Assembly (NCBI GenBank): GCA_051362555.1
Contig: CM120641.1
Location: 45,452,401-45,516,400 of the forward strand
DNA from: Lingula anatina
Lineage: Eukaryota > Animalia > Brachiopoda
Direction of reading: 5' to 3'
Length of the DNA: 64,000 nucleotides
In this document: positions 1 through 14,600 of the stretch, in pieces
Layout: each line of letters starts with the position of its first letter
Numbering within the stretch: position 1 is the first letter of the stretch
The notes under the pieces: model-generated
Told to the model about the DNA's origin: nothing
Seen by the model: the letters and a program-made list of their open reading frames with translations, nothing else
Database searches by the model: none
Position numbers and translations under genes: made by a program

Positions 1-1606
1 CACTTGATTTGTTCTTTGCTGAAACTTGAAAGATTGTGTAACTTTGACACTTTATTTTTGAAATCAAACAGTGCAGGTCAAGGATGTTAATTAAAGGCAA
101 ATGTGATGCAGATGGTAAAATGAGACCTGTTTTTTGTTGTTTTTTTTTCCAAGCATTATTCCACGTTTCAAACAATGCCACACTTTGTATTATGACATCA
201 CTTTCTTTATTGTTTACTAAATATTGAACATTGAGTCTGTACAAAGCACATTTTGAATGTTATTTCTAAAAAATAACTTTGTGTAACTTTTTGTTTGTAG
301 ATAAAGTTTTTTTGAACAATGGTCAGTTTCTGTTTGAGCTCCTATGTATAACTACATCTTAAAAATCATGTTCTGCAACAGAAGTAGGATCTACATGATA
401 CCCTTCAAGCTTCTGTTGAGTGAAAAAAAAAGTTGGCTCAATTTTCTTCCAGACTTTCTTGAAATGTATGCCATAACTTATATTTTTTTATTTGCCTGCC
501 TGTCTAAAACAGATGTAATAGCCCTGTTTGTTTGCATTTTTGCAATTATTGCTACTCAACAACTTCACGAATCGGCTTCCATTTCATTGATGTACAGGCT
601 CATAAAGTTCCCAATTGTTATCGTAAATTGCCGATTAATGTCCTTTCCCCCTGTTTTTTTGTTAAACTGTGTGTAATTCCTGTTTTAAAGCATTGGAAAG
701 CTCAAGAGGTGGATTTTCAATTAAAGTTGCTATGGTCAAGAAACATTTAACTGTTATCCTGAAGTTACGAGGAAAAGAAAACAATGCAGATTTCACATAG
801 ATCTTTGAATAAATGCATAGCTGCATGAAATCAGATTGATTTTTTTTTTTTACATTTTAAATTAATGAATTGATATTTTTTCAATTTTTAAGCTACATTG
901 CTATCTGTAGTCAAAGAATAACAGAATTTTTCCTAGCTTTCAATCTAAGTTTGGAACTTCAAAAAAGGGGAAAAAAGTAGATTTTGTTATGCTTAATTGC
1001 ATTTCTCTCTCACATTACAGCACTAAGTAAGAGTTTAAAGGCAACATGGTGACATGAATAGAGTGGTTGAAAAGGATCTTCGTTTCCGCCATAAGTGGTA
1101 GTAGATGAATACAACAGCTGGTTGTGGCAACTACTGGTCTCTTCTGGACAAAAAAAGTATTTTCAAGCGTATCTGTGGAGGACCATTCCTTGTAAGTAAG
1201 GCAAGGGAGGGGAGGTACAATGTTGGACTCATTCTAGCATAATATATTTGAGTCAAATGCTAAACAATAAAGTTATAAGTTTAAAGAGAAATGTTAACAA
1301 ATGTACTGTTTTTGCCAGATTTGTCATCACCTTAGCTCAAAAAGTTGGTTTGGTTTCAACTTTCAAGAAAATAAAAAGAGTTCTATCCTAGAGTGAGTAC
1401 AGCAATTTACCGTCATGATATTGCTTCGTTTAAGGTAATTTTATAATTTGGGATGAATATTTATAGAAATTGTAAACTTTGGGGCAGTTCACAATGAATT
1501 TATCGACCTCCCTACTGCAACACTAACTCTACAGGGACTCTCGCTGAATGCAATCAGATTAACATGCCTCCTCCTGGCGTTGAGCAGAATGTAGAGAAGC
1601 TGTTTA

Positions 1607-1821
1607 TGGCTGTATTCCCAGAGCTTTTAGATCGATCTATCCCCGCGGGGAGTCTCACTAGATTACTGTCAGATAATCTGGCTTAAATGTCCGTCCCACC
1701 TACTACAAGCTGTAAGGGGGTAATTAACTTTCGTGTCCGCTCGGCTGACAGCTATTTAGCGTGAACCCCCAAGGAGTTAGGTCGATCTAAAGTAGATCGA
1801 TCTAATCTCTGAAAATGGGGT
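1607..1821. mobile_element. MITE-like element with imperfect terminal inverted repeats
   Basis: Left end ggctgtattcccagagcttttagatcgatcta is an imperfect inverted match to right end tagatcgatctaatctctgaaaatggggtc; the core ttagatcgatcta is a perfect inverted match. About 215 bp, non-coding. Confidence 0.5.
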
Positions 1822-4800
1822 CTATGATAGGAGGACTTTGAAAACAAGAGGACTGTCAGTCAGTTAATCTGATTGCATTCAGCAAGAGTCCCTGTGGAGT
1901 TAGTGCGTAGTAGCTGGATCAATAAATTAATTTTGAAACAGGCAGGTTTCTCAGTCTGTGTACTATAGATATCCTGCGTATCACTATGTATCAGTAGCAG
2001 TCCATGAGCATTTTGGATTGCTTTATAGTTTGAATTTTGAATTATATTCAAATTTATGAAGTTATGCAGTTTAAATTTTGCTACCAAAAAATTCTTTGCT
2101 GAAAGCCTTTTATGATGTCCAGGACTTTTGTTTTATCATCATGTCCCTATAGGTTATCTTGTCAAAACGTGGGAAATACTTATCTCAGAGAAGACAAATT
2201 TAAAAGCAATTGCAGTCAGATCATTTCCAATGAGCCGCGAGTTGACAATTCTCTGCCTAAATCTGTATAAACTGCAAAATGAGGTGGCGAGGATGTTTTG
2301 TGCCAGTTTTTGATTTGTTTATCAACAATGGGATTATGTATTTTTTTATGCAATAAACTTGGGTTCGTGAGTGCTGTTTTTTGCAGACACCCAGTTATGT
2401 GTTTTCTTGCAAAAATTGCAGCATGTCTTTCTTGTTTCATTTTGAAAAGCTCCCGTTGCGTTATATGTTAAACCAATTTTAAGTGGGTTGATAAGTAAAT
2501 GTTATGGTGTCTTTCAAGTTCTGAGTTTCTTAAACTTTTTCATTGTTATTAATTGTATTGTCATTATTTGTTATTATGGGAAGTTACTAGATTTCAAGTG
2601 TTTGGTCAAGGAAGTCTCCTGCTTTAATATTATTAAGTGATAAAATTATTGAAATGTAATCACAGTTTTGCTGATATTTTTGGAGAAAAAATATAAAGGC
2701 CACCGATTCCAAGTATTCACACAGTGATCAAGTTCTTATCAGGTCATCTTTCTGACAACCTGTACCCACTTCTTCCTGACCTGTGACTGTGTTGAAGAGA
2801 GAATCGTTCTGTTTCATTTCAAAGTTTTGATTTCGATTGTATCCCTGACAGCCTGGGTTATGCACAATTTGTTTTTGAATTTTGATCCCAAAAGGTCTCC
2901 TCACTATTTGAAAAGTCCAGCAGCAGCAGATAAGGCCCAGTGGACAATGTTACCACCAAGCTGTCTGGACTTCAAAACAAAAATGAACTGTAATATCACT
3001 TCCCTTGAGTAAAAACAAATCATTAAGATAAGTTTGAAGTTAAGTGATGTTGCCCTTCCAAATCCCATTGGTCAAAAGTTTGTACAAAGTAGACGAGACT
3101 CTTTGTGAGACTTGATTACAAAATAGTGCAGGGTGCTCTGGCAAGGCAGAAAGAAAAGTCTCAGATGCTTTAGCCTAATTTGTGACATTGATGCTGAGTG
3201 AGTCATGGGCAGGGTAGGAAAGAAGCCTGCATGCAGATGTAAATGGGACAAAAAAGCTGCTTCATGATATAAAGAAAGAGGAAGTGTGTATTTTCATGTG
3301 GAACCGGTAGACATGTGGACAAAGGTGAACATTAGCGTTTGACCACAGGACATTGTGTGCAACCACATGTTACTGTGTCGTTTGTGAGTGCTCATTTAAA
3401 AGGTTAGTTGAATTGAAATACCAGACGGCTTCAGTTGTATGAATTTAAGTTATCTGCAAGTTTTTAAGTCACTTAGGAAAGTAATACTTATGTTATTGGC
3501 CACTGAATAGTAAATTGGTCAAGTTGAGAGTACTATCGAAACACACTTGTATGTATTGAAAGTGGGGTCTTAATGCTAAGTTGGTATTAGACAAATTGAA
3601 CAAGCCTGTGGTCCATAGAAGTTGCGAGTAATCTGCAGGGTTGATTACAATGTTGAGAGCAGTTTTATTGTCCATTTGTCATTATTAGGGTTATTTGAAA
3701 AATTGTTGATGCGGTCTTGCATGGCACTAAGAAGTTAGGTGTAGGTCTAGTTTCCTTTTTGGATTCTCCTACCACCCTCATTCTTGAATAGGATATTGTA
3801 GTCAAAGCCAATTTCTGAAATAATTTTAAAGATTACATTGAACAGGCTTTGTTTTCAAGCTTAGTTGGGTTTCCTTCAGCCATCCCTCTATTAAAGACCC
3901 CTCTCGCACACATCCACAAAGGGAGGAATCACTGCAGTTGTTATCAGACTGTTGAAATAAAAAGAAAAACTGTTTATTACCTGCTGCATTGTTTTACTGT
4001 TATATTTGATGCAAAGTTTTGAAGATATTAATGCCACCAGGGGTCGGTTTTACTGGAAAAGTTCAGCAAAATGTTCATCTCAACACTCTGACAGGAAATT
4101 TTAGTCTACTTTGACCCAAGATCAATCAGTGAATGTCCTATTGAAAAAGAACAACAGACCTGTTGTAGAAAAAAATGAGAAAACACTAATATTTTGGACT
4201 GATCGTTACTGTATTACAATCAGTTACTAAACATTCAACCTATTTTATTTATTAGATAAAAGTTGACTAAATTTTTGCAGTCAAAAGTTAAGACCAACTT
4301 CGGACTTTCTTTTGTGAAGCTTGGGTCCAAAACCCCACACAATGTGTATTTTATTGTTAGGTAATTAATTTTGATAAATTTAATTCTGAGGCCACATGGA
4401 CAGCAGGGGTGTCAAAGATGGCCTAGCTGTGCCTCTGTGCCACCTCATGCATAGGGAGAATTTCACTGCAAACATGCAACAGGTAGGACTGGTTGAAAGT
4501 AGCACAATACAGGCAGGCAGCACTGGAATGCATGGTCCCGGCCACAAAGGAGGACAGCTTGGGCCCCCCATGCTGCATACTTATGCACTTGGCACAATCA
4601 ACTCATATTTATTCTAAATAGCTTTTCTGACCTGACTTGGCATAAGTTGAACTGATATATATGAAGAAAGACACTATTCTCAGTGTGTACATGTTACTTT
4701 CTCTTTAATTTCCAGTCTATAAACTGTAGCTGGGTCAAGCTGGTGCTTACAACCGGTACAAAAAAATCCTTAAAAAATGGAAGACCATGTTAAAAAGACA

Positions 4801-5553
4801 ACAGCAATTGAAAGGATCCCACCAGCTGGTGAGCCTGCAAGGTCAGTGAGCACCAACAAAGAAACAAGGGGAAGATGGAGGAATGCCGTACACATGCAGG
4901 GGAGTACAAAGACCAGGTGGACTAGTAAACTGGAGACAAGGCTCTGGGAGAGGAGAAGAGAAAAAACACAGTGAGTATTTGTGGAGGAAATGTAAACTTG
5001 CAGATAGCTCACGACCCGAGTCCTGATATATAGATTGTGTGACAAGTCGAGAATGTCTGTGAGATTACGTGCACTGATTTCTGCCCCACGTAACTCCCAG
5101 AGATATACAGGTTAAGGACATCCCACAGTAGGAAGTATCTTCCTGTTTGCAAACGGAAACATTTGCCATTTTATATATAAGTGTATGGCTACCAGGAAGA
5201 TACATATGGCCCATGTCTTATCTGTTGTTTACCATTTTTGCTTGTTTCCTGATTCAAACACGTGTTGCTGTAACAGCCATGCACCTTCTCAGACTTGTAT
5301 ATGTATCCTATCCGTACACAGGGAGAGAAAACAAAGTGCTGAATGAAAATAAAGTAGGTTTAAGTTGATAAGTTGAGGTAGAAATAGTTTTTGTCGTCTG
5401 TTGTGAGTCTGGGTGGAATAACCCAGTTTCACAATAAACTGTGTTGTTTTTGATTTCAGTATCTAAAATTTTCTTCATGTATGGGATTAACAATACCCTC
5501 CTCTCTGACAGTGTTACTGGTCCTATTTTACAGAGAACATGAATTTTTTAGTT

Positions 5554-5684
5554 CAGACCCATAGCTAGCAATTTCAAAGGGGGGGGGGGTCTTTTTCTGA
5601 AAAAGAAGACCTTTTACCATGAAACCTTTCTATACTTTGTTCAATTTCTATCCAGATTGGACCTCTTCCTGGTTTACGGGCCTG
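5554..5684. mobile_element. Short non-autonomous DNA transposon (MITE) with 5-bp target-site duplication
   Basis: Ends cagacccatagctag...cctggtttacgggcctg form a degenerate TIR. TAGTT directly flanks both sides (5549-5553 and 5685-5689). Confidence 0.55.
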
Positions 5685-8600
5685 TAGTTGGACATTTAAT
5701 GGGCCTTTTTAATGATTTTTAATATTGATTTTATAAAACCGTAGTGTGGTTGGTTCACAAGATAAGGGGATCCTCCTCTCAGACAGTTATACTTGTTCCA
5801 TTTCACACAGAACATGAGTTATTTCCTTGGTCATGTATATAGCTCCTTGTGTTAAGCCATATAGCACAATTGTGTCCCCTGTGTTACATTGTTAATGCTA
5901 TTCTCACCTGACCGGTGTCGGTTTCCTAAAGAAACACCACTCAAGGCCACAAGTATGTCTGAATCCATCTCAGTAGTGCAATTAATGGGCCCTACAAAGT
6001 TCAACATGAGAGTATACCTGTAAGCCCTTGGAATAATACAAGTGCAATTAAAACCTTCCTGTGGGTCACTGACGTATCCATTTTGAGAGGCACCACCATA
6101 AAATTTGGTCCATAAAAGTGGGAGCAGATACGTACTGCTTGACGCAGACCGCTCGGAGATTTGCAGCATATTGTGTGAAGATGGAAGAGGGTTTTGTGTC
6201 TTATTGTGCAGGCAATATCCTGGATGGAGGAGGTACTTGAGTTGGTGGTTTTCAATGACTTGAAGCAGTCTTGTGTTTGTGACTGTCTCAAAATGCCTTC
6301 ACTGAATATCATGTTAGGGAAAAATGAGCAAAAGTGGAGAGAGACTTTGCTTTGGAAATAATGGATCTTTGATTGCCCATTGAGGCAGACGGTGAAAATT
6401 TTTATTCTTGTTGACACAAGGGGAGATAGAAGTCCAAGTATATCTCATACTTTCACTTTGTTTTTTGTGTTGCACAGTAAACAGTGTGAATGAGATTTAA
6501 ATGGGTGTCAGCAATTGCGTGGTATAATCATATTATAACTTGTTCATTTGAGGTTTTATGTGTGTTGGAAATAGTGTTAATAAGGCATAAATTAGTGCTA
6601 ACAATTTCATGGTGTAGTTATCTGATCATATGGGGTGACAATCTGTACCTCTCCGCCAAAACAAATCAAATGTCAACATTGAATGTGAACTGCTAGGGCT
6701 ATGTAGGCCATTCCATGCTATTATTAACTCACATTCACGTTCAAGAAAAAGGAAAAAAAAAGTAGTGCTGGATACAGGATTGAATCATAGAATGGGGACA
6801 GCAATAGCTCTCAACTCCTTTTGAACTAAGTTGGTCTGTAACAGGTTAGAAGTGGTAGTGGCACACACATGCTTCATTAAGGCAGAAGTTTAACCTCTGA
6901 TGATGAACTGATAACCGGGCCCTTTGTCTCCAGTACGTATACTGTTAAAGGAACAGTGACGGTGTCGGTGGACTTAATACTGAGGTGAGAGAGACCGTGA
7001 ATTTCCATAAATTTTCCCCTGTGGACATCCGTGAATCTCCATTGTACTTAACACAGGGCTAAGCAAGGCCTTTAAAAGAAATTAGCTGTTCAAGCCAGTT
7101 GGGGGAAAGTGTTTTGTGGACAATGGCAGGCAATTATCATGCATGCCATACACTTTGGTAAGATAATATTTGTTCTATATATATCTTACTTAAGCATGCA
7201 TTTCCCCTAGCTTTGTACACATTCCACTGCATTGGGGATAATCGACAGTCGCAGACTCCCAGCTTTGATTCACCTTGATTTGGAGCCTGTACACTGAGGT
7301 ATTGGGGCTGGGCAGTGAACATTATGGTATATGATTTGGCTAATTGGCCATTGAGATAAGCTAAGGTTATCCTTCAGATTAGAGTTTACTGATTACAATC
7401 AGCCAGTCTCAGTGTGTATGTGTGTGTCCAAGGTGAGGAAACTGAAAGGAATGAAGGTGAGAAAAAGCTGCTGCGTTCGCATCAGGCTGAATTGATTTCG
7501 ACTGAAGATATTCTGATGGAAATTCATCTGTGTAGTCTGTTGATGTTTTAACTTTTCACTTTCTAAACTGTACTCACAAGTAGCTATACCTCACAAACCT
7601 TTCGGTTTTATAGTAACACACACACATTAGTTGAGGAAGTGATTGAAAGCTTTGTGAGATAAAGCTTAAATTCAGAAGTGAAAATTTTGAACTTATAAGC
7701 ATAGACTGGAAAGAAAGTTGAGTTATCATGTTTTGCAATCAAGTTGTCTTCTGGTGTCTTTAGACTTATAAATTGAATTAAGATTGTCAACTATCGCCAA
7801 GATATTTTTGAAGTTAAGAAAGAGGTACATATTTCAAGTTTTAGTTAAGTTTAATAATACTGAGGGAGTTTACATCACAGGACAATAATATTTTAATTTG
7901 ATCATAAGAAACTTTTTTGATTAGTGTAGATTTTACTCTTCCCCCCTCCCTCCCTCCCACGCTCCCTCCCTCCCTCTCTCTCTCTCATACTCTCTCTGAC
8001 ACACGCACATGCACACGTGTGCACATACACGCACGAACAAACTATGCTCAGAACATGCACAGTACATTTTACCAGTAATATGATGGGTGTTTACTTCATA
8101 TTTGACTTGTCGTTTTGGGGTTACAAAGATGAATTGCCCTTTCAACTGCTGTTGCCTCATCCAGCTGCGTATTTCTAAAGCGATCCATTTTCTGACAAAT
8201 ATCACCCTTCTTCATTGTACCTTGTCTGTTTCAGCTTCCCCAGTTTCACAGCATAATTTTGTCATGTAAAATGGACAACGCAACTGTGGTTTCCAAGATG
8301 ACAATGTATTTCTCTCTCTGTGGTAACAAGCAGCTTCAGTTTCATCATTGTGCTATAAGTATACATACATACATATACAGTCTAATGTCTGATGAGGGAT
8401 TGCTGGCTTCTTTGAAATTATGTTGGATTGTTGCTCATTTGATGAACATCAATTTCTCTTCATAATATTGTTGTATAGAATAGACTAAACACTATGGATG
8501 TTCAGTTGACAACATCATCTACAATATATACATCATTGGTACACAGTGTAATTTTGTATTGCATTTTGGGAGCCACAGACATTAGAGGGTAGTAACAAAC

Positions 8601-11600
8601 AGCTTCAGTTTCACAGAGTAAGGTATGAAGTTGAGGTACAGTTCTGCTGGAATGTAAAACTCCATTATGACACTTCAGACAGTAAATAACACAATTGAGA
8701 ATGACATAAGGGAGACAATGATATCTGTTCATCAACAGGTCAGATAAGGGAGGCAAGTTTGTTTCTTTGTGTGCATCTTTGATCATGAGTCTGCCATTAA
8801 ATGTGTATTCACAGGTGGACAGATTAAGACTGCAAGTGGTCTACTGTATTTGTTATAAAGACTGGAGGCAGAGGAACGAGTAACATGATGTTATGCTTTA
8901 GGTGATGAAGGCTATGTAACCCCCCCCCCCTGCCCCAGTAGTCTGTAGTCTGACCATTTAATTGTGATTTAGACTCCATGCTTTCAATCTTTAAAAAGTT
9001 TAAATGTAAACAAGACACAACTATGAAAACTAGTTTATTTAACTATAACAGTCTCAAAACAGCATCTGGACTCTCTTCCTCAGTCAGGAAAGCTGAAATT
9101 GTATACTTTAACTACTACATTGGTACCTGCTCACAGAGAGGGTGGATTTCTCTGACCCAGAATGACTCCGCAGCCAGTCCTGCAGATTTCTGGGGAGGCA
9201 GTGGGGTAGGGTTGGTGTGTGTACTTTGGTCACTGGTTATGGGTCATTTGATAATAGTTATGTTTTCTCCCTTTTTTTTTTTTTTTTTTTTTCGTTTTTT
9301 GGACTTGTCATGGTCCTTTTAAATGTTTGAAATGTGTGGATTGTTCAGTTAATTGAATTAATGAGGTTAAAGATTATGGACGTCAGGTCAGATTAATTGC
9401 TTTGGTCTAATGACTTGTATTTTAACTACTTTTTTTTAACCAATGTAAAAAGTTTTGTGAACTTGGTTTAAGTCAAATTTTTTACCTGCCACTATTTTTT
9501 TTCTTTTTTGTAAAAAGTTTGGCAAAGCTTGAACTATTTGCTTAAGTCAAATTTTTAACCTGCCACCCTTAACACAGGGAGTGGCCACCCGTACCCCATT
9601 ACAGCTTCTTTAAGTTCTATCTGGAAAGATACAAAAGGGGAAAAAATATAACATTTCATTTTAAACAGTTTATGATTACCCTTGATCACCTGTCATTTTC
9701 CAATCATTAGAGTGTTCAATGCACTTCATTATATGTTGAGGTGTCTTTGATTGTGGATGGAATATTAAGATTTGAGAAGAAACAGTGATTTAAATAGTCA
9801 TATCTGTGAAGATTAATGCTCTTAGGGCATTGCTTGTGATACATCAAATATTTAGGCTAGGTAGTTAGCCGTGAAACAGACAAGGTGGTCTGGGGGGAAG
9901 GACCCTTATTTTGCTATCATTTTACTTTTTTCAGTCTTTTTTTCCCAAAATAATTTGAGCCAAAAGACAAGATAGATATTATATTCAACTATTCCAGCCT
10001 TTGATATAGTCTTTATCTTTCATAAAAGGACATTAATCTTGTAGGGGAAGAGGTTGGTCTTTTGGGGCATATTTCACAATTCAGGAGGATAGAATGGCAC
10101 AGGAGCTGTTTAAGTAGATGTGAGAACTCGTGCCTTTTCACCCAGTTTGACGTATAAACCCTAGTTTGGTTGTGGAATGGAGTTTAAAAGCATTCAAAGT
10201 CTATGTGGGCCTGGGTTTTGTGTGATATGGCAGCGGGTGGCTGTACGACATGCTCCTGCTCACCCTCTGTGTGTTACATTGTCCAAAGTGTGTACAGATT
10301 CTTGTGAAAAAAACCAAGATAATAAGTTATGTCGTATGTGGGATTGGAGAAGTAGAATGATTCAATTAATTAGAAATATTCAACCAATCCTCGACTGAAG
10401 TGATTTACAAAACAAGGACATTTGTGGTTAATACTACGGAAATTGGCTTTGTGTAGTAGACAAATTGCTTTGCCACTGTGACTGTCTGAAATTCCATTGA
10501 TTTTACATATTTTTCATAGAATGTCAGACAATGTATATCTAAGCATTTTTTCTATTTTTCATAGTATGTCAGACAATATATATCTAAGCAGTTTGATTTC
10601 TGTAATGTTGGTATCCCTGTCAGTACATTTTGACACACAGACATTTCCTTTAACTCCCTGTCTTTTTGTCTCTATATTTTAATACACAGCAACTTTTTAC
10701 AAAGAACAGGTAAATGAGGTGATGGAGAGAGAGACAGAAGACATTTGTCCATTGTGAATACTTAACCTTTGACCATGAGGCATACTCAGATAGGGTCTAA
10801 ATTTTATTGAATATTTTTTTACAGACAGGAGAAGATACATCAGATAAAGACCGGTTTTCAGCATCAGAACAAGGGTTATGAGAACAGCACAGAAGGATCA
10901 CAGACAAGTGGAAAATCACAGGTAAGTGATTTAGTGCAGGTATCATTATGTGATTTTCTTGTGGTTATTTGACATAACTTGTAGTTCAGATTCTACAGAA
11001 AATTTGGGCTATTGTATTGAGAACTGTAATTGTGTCTGCGTGTGTGTTTTTAAACTATTGAAGTGTATTTTTGCGAAAATTTTTAATGTTTTTTTTTTTT
11101 TTTTTCAAAAGAACTTAATTGCCAGCAGTACACACGCACTTGAGAATGTTTGATATTAATATTTGGGGGGGGGGGGGGGGGGAGGAGAGAGAAAGAGGTT
11201 ATGTTATATCTGTGATGGGATGGTAATTGACAATTGACATTTCCCAAGTGATATCATAACTTATCTAGTTGTGAAAACGTGACAAACCAAAGCAGGAAGG
11301 GTAAAGGACAGACAGTTGCTTCCTCCAAGAATTGTTTTGAGGGGATTGGTACTGTCTGGGTTGGGTTTTCTGGAATTATGAACAGTGATTGGGTTATTCA
11401 GAATAATGTTACCATCAAGGTATTAAATTCAGCAGATATTGAATTCAGTTTTGGATCAGATCATTAAGGTCTAAGTTGTTGTATAAGCTGAGATTTTCGC
11501 AGCCTTTTGTGGGCGTCAACCATGAGAAATTGTGTGTGTCAACCTTTGACTTACAGTCTCCTCAGTTAACTTTGGTTTGCACACTTTCCTAATCAGCAGT

Positions 11601-14600
11601 TTGGCCAATTTGAGTTGTGTGAGACTCTTTATTTAGGAGAGAAAGTCAAACAGAGTTGCATATTAAATACACATTCTTCTCTTTAAATGACTTGGCAGTC
11701 ATTATAAACAGACGGGGGACTCTTGAACTCCATTTGTGGAATACTTCTCGCTTTGTTATACCGTTCTGTGCAAATTGATTCTGTTGAGTTCTCACTGCCT
11801 AATGATAACGTGAGGGTGAGATTTCGCAGTCTTACCATAATTTGGCAAACTCTCATAGGACTGAATATTTGTGTAAACTTATGAGTTGCACTTTCTTTTG
11901 TGTTTAAAATTTGATAAACGTGCGTGAAATCAGACAAATGAACCTTGTGCAGTAAAGACCCCCAGTACCTATTGTTTGATGAATGGTCTTTCTTAAAGTA
12001 TTCCTTGAGTGGGATTGTTCAGGATGAGTGATTAATGCTTCCTGAGACTTTCAATATACTTTTATGACTTTATAGCCCATAAAATAAAACAATTGTAATT
12101 TCATTTTCATTTTATCAAATTTGCGGACAAGATAAAGCTCAGTTGACTATTTATTTGTGTCGTGAGTAAACTTGAATAATGAATTCCTATACATAATGTA
12201 TGGCAGCATAAATTTCCCCCCATAGATCAGAAAGCAAAAGGGCCCACTTTTTATGACATTTCATCCCCCTGCACATATTTGACTCCCGGGGCCTTGCAAA
12301 CTGAAGGATTATTCCTGCTTTTATCTATTTCCCTGATACTCTTGATGAGACAGTTTAATCCGCTCCAGAATTCATAACTTGTATCATTATCGGGAATGTT
12401 TGATCAGGAGGTCATGTATGTGACTTGGTATGTGGGGACGGAGTGACTCCAGGATGAATCTTTCGATGAGCTTTCACTTGCTGAGTATTGTTTATGTTGC
12501 AGTGGATTAATAGATACTGTTTGGTAGATTAGTGAAGTTTTGGCTTCTGTGGGTGTGGTTTTATGCCAAGTGACAAGAGGACTTTGCTGTTGATTTGAGG
12601 ATTTTTGTAGCCACGGGAGAGAGACCAGGGGCAGCTAACAGAATGTTAAATTTGCTTTCTACAAAAAGTAATTTAGTCGACATGACTTGTAAGTCTGTTG
12701 GCCCTACTGATCCCCGTTTCCAGGCAAGCCATATCATGTTGATTTACAAGAAACTCATTCCTTCAGATTTGTTACTACATGTTATGCATTTTTTGTACCA
12801 AAGATTGTTGACCTTAGTTGATTACAAGTTATAAGTTTGTACGGGAGTTGATAAGGACCTGCTTTTTAATTAACCTCTGTATTTTATTGCTATTTTCATA
12901 GGTTATGTTGTAAGAAGATAACCTGAGGCTTGTTTGCTTATCCGTCTGCGTGCAGAATGCGACATATCTCTATTCTTAAATATTAAGGTAAGATTTACTG
13001 TACCAGTCATCGCAGAACAGTGTTTGCACTGCTAGCTTCACATTCTTATGAGATATGCCACATAAAATTGAACAAATACATTTTCTTTGAAAATGATAAA
13101 AATATTCATAGTCTTGCAGTAGTTTTAAATATTATTAAGGACAGATTGCCAAATTACACCACGGTCTACCCTCATTGTGGGGAAATTTGAATTTGATCCA
13201 AATTTATTGTGACATAAAGCAGCGAAATTTGTTGTTCCCCAGCCACTGTTTATTTGTTCGCACCATTCACTGCTAGTGTTTTTCAACACATAGTTTAAAA
13301 AAAAAGATGTGGTTGAAACAAAAGTAATCTGAGGAAACCTTTTGCATGACACTATAACCATTAATGGTTCCAGTATCATAGACATTAACTGACCAGGGGA
13401 GGGGGACAGTAACATAATTAATTGTTTTTAAAGTGATTTTGAAAAAAATAGTAAGTTAGAGATGTTTATTTCATGAAAAGTCACACTTCTTAAGAAGTCT
13501 TTTGTGATTCTTGTTCTTTTTATTCTTATGTTGGGTTTAATGTAAAGGTAGTCTTTTCACCTGGCAATGATTTGAGGGTTTATAACAGTTATACAAGAGG
13601 AAAAGGGGGGAGTCATGTAAAGGCCACCTCTTATAGACCATAGTTAAGATTCAATATAATGAGTTAATAGTCTGCAAATAAGAGACCATACAAGATACTT
13701 TACTTCCCTACATTATTGTCAAATAGTTGAGGACCAATGTAATGGAGTAAACAGTTGACTAATACCAGATTAAGCATGCGATGCGCTATAAAAGTGAAAG
13801 CATTACTTGGAAAATGAGTAAGAATTCTTGTCGTGCATTTGGAATTGTCATACGCTTAGGTTTTCCCCAGGTCATCTTTCAACAGTAGTCACAGTATCTG
13901 CTCATTTATTAAATAAAAACTGATTTATGGTCATTTCTCCAACCTCAACCAAGTAGCTATGGTGTGCAGAGTTGTTACTTGTTTTAGGAATCCAGAAAAA
14001 CATGTCTATTTCTCTCTCTCCGTTGTTCTGAAGTTTGTCACTGACTTTTGAAATCTCTCCTGTATAGAGATTTTGCAATGTGTGTGATTTGTTTGTTATA
14101 GGGCACACTTCCAGATTCCATTTGACGAAGACTTCGGGGGTGACGTCATCGGCAACTGAGCAGGTCTGTCAACTGGCTGGATTAGAGGGTGTAAAGATGG
14201 AGCCGTAATGGTGTGGAATTCAATCCTCACATTCACCATGTTAGAAGAAGTTGAGTAAATGTTGGAATGATGATGTGTACCAGCCCTGTGTATGTGCGAG
14301 ATCTACGACCTTAATCCCTGTGTTCACCTGTGGCTTTTGAGGTAGGTTTACAAGAAATGACTGTCATGTTTGTGAATATTTGGTCACAACAACCCCAAAG
14401 CCTCCGAGTGAGATTTTGTTGGGTTAGATAGTGATCTTTTTCCCCTAACAGGGGGCAATTTTAGAAGCAAACTTGTCACTACAACTAAGCTGTATTAGCA
14501 AAGCTTACAAATGCCAAGCAGTATTTCCAAAGTCTTCAGTCTCCATTTGGAATAAACAGCTGTAATTGTGGAGTTGAAAAAATGTGTTTGAATGGTTTGA

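Noticed and set aside
5497-5820. Diverged ~50-bp direct repeat (5497 and 5772), plus a short tandem duplication at ~10508-10590
   Set aside because: Real but ordinary local duplications with no evident function.
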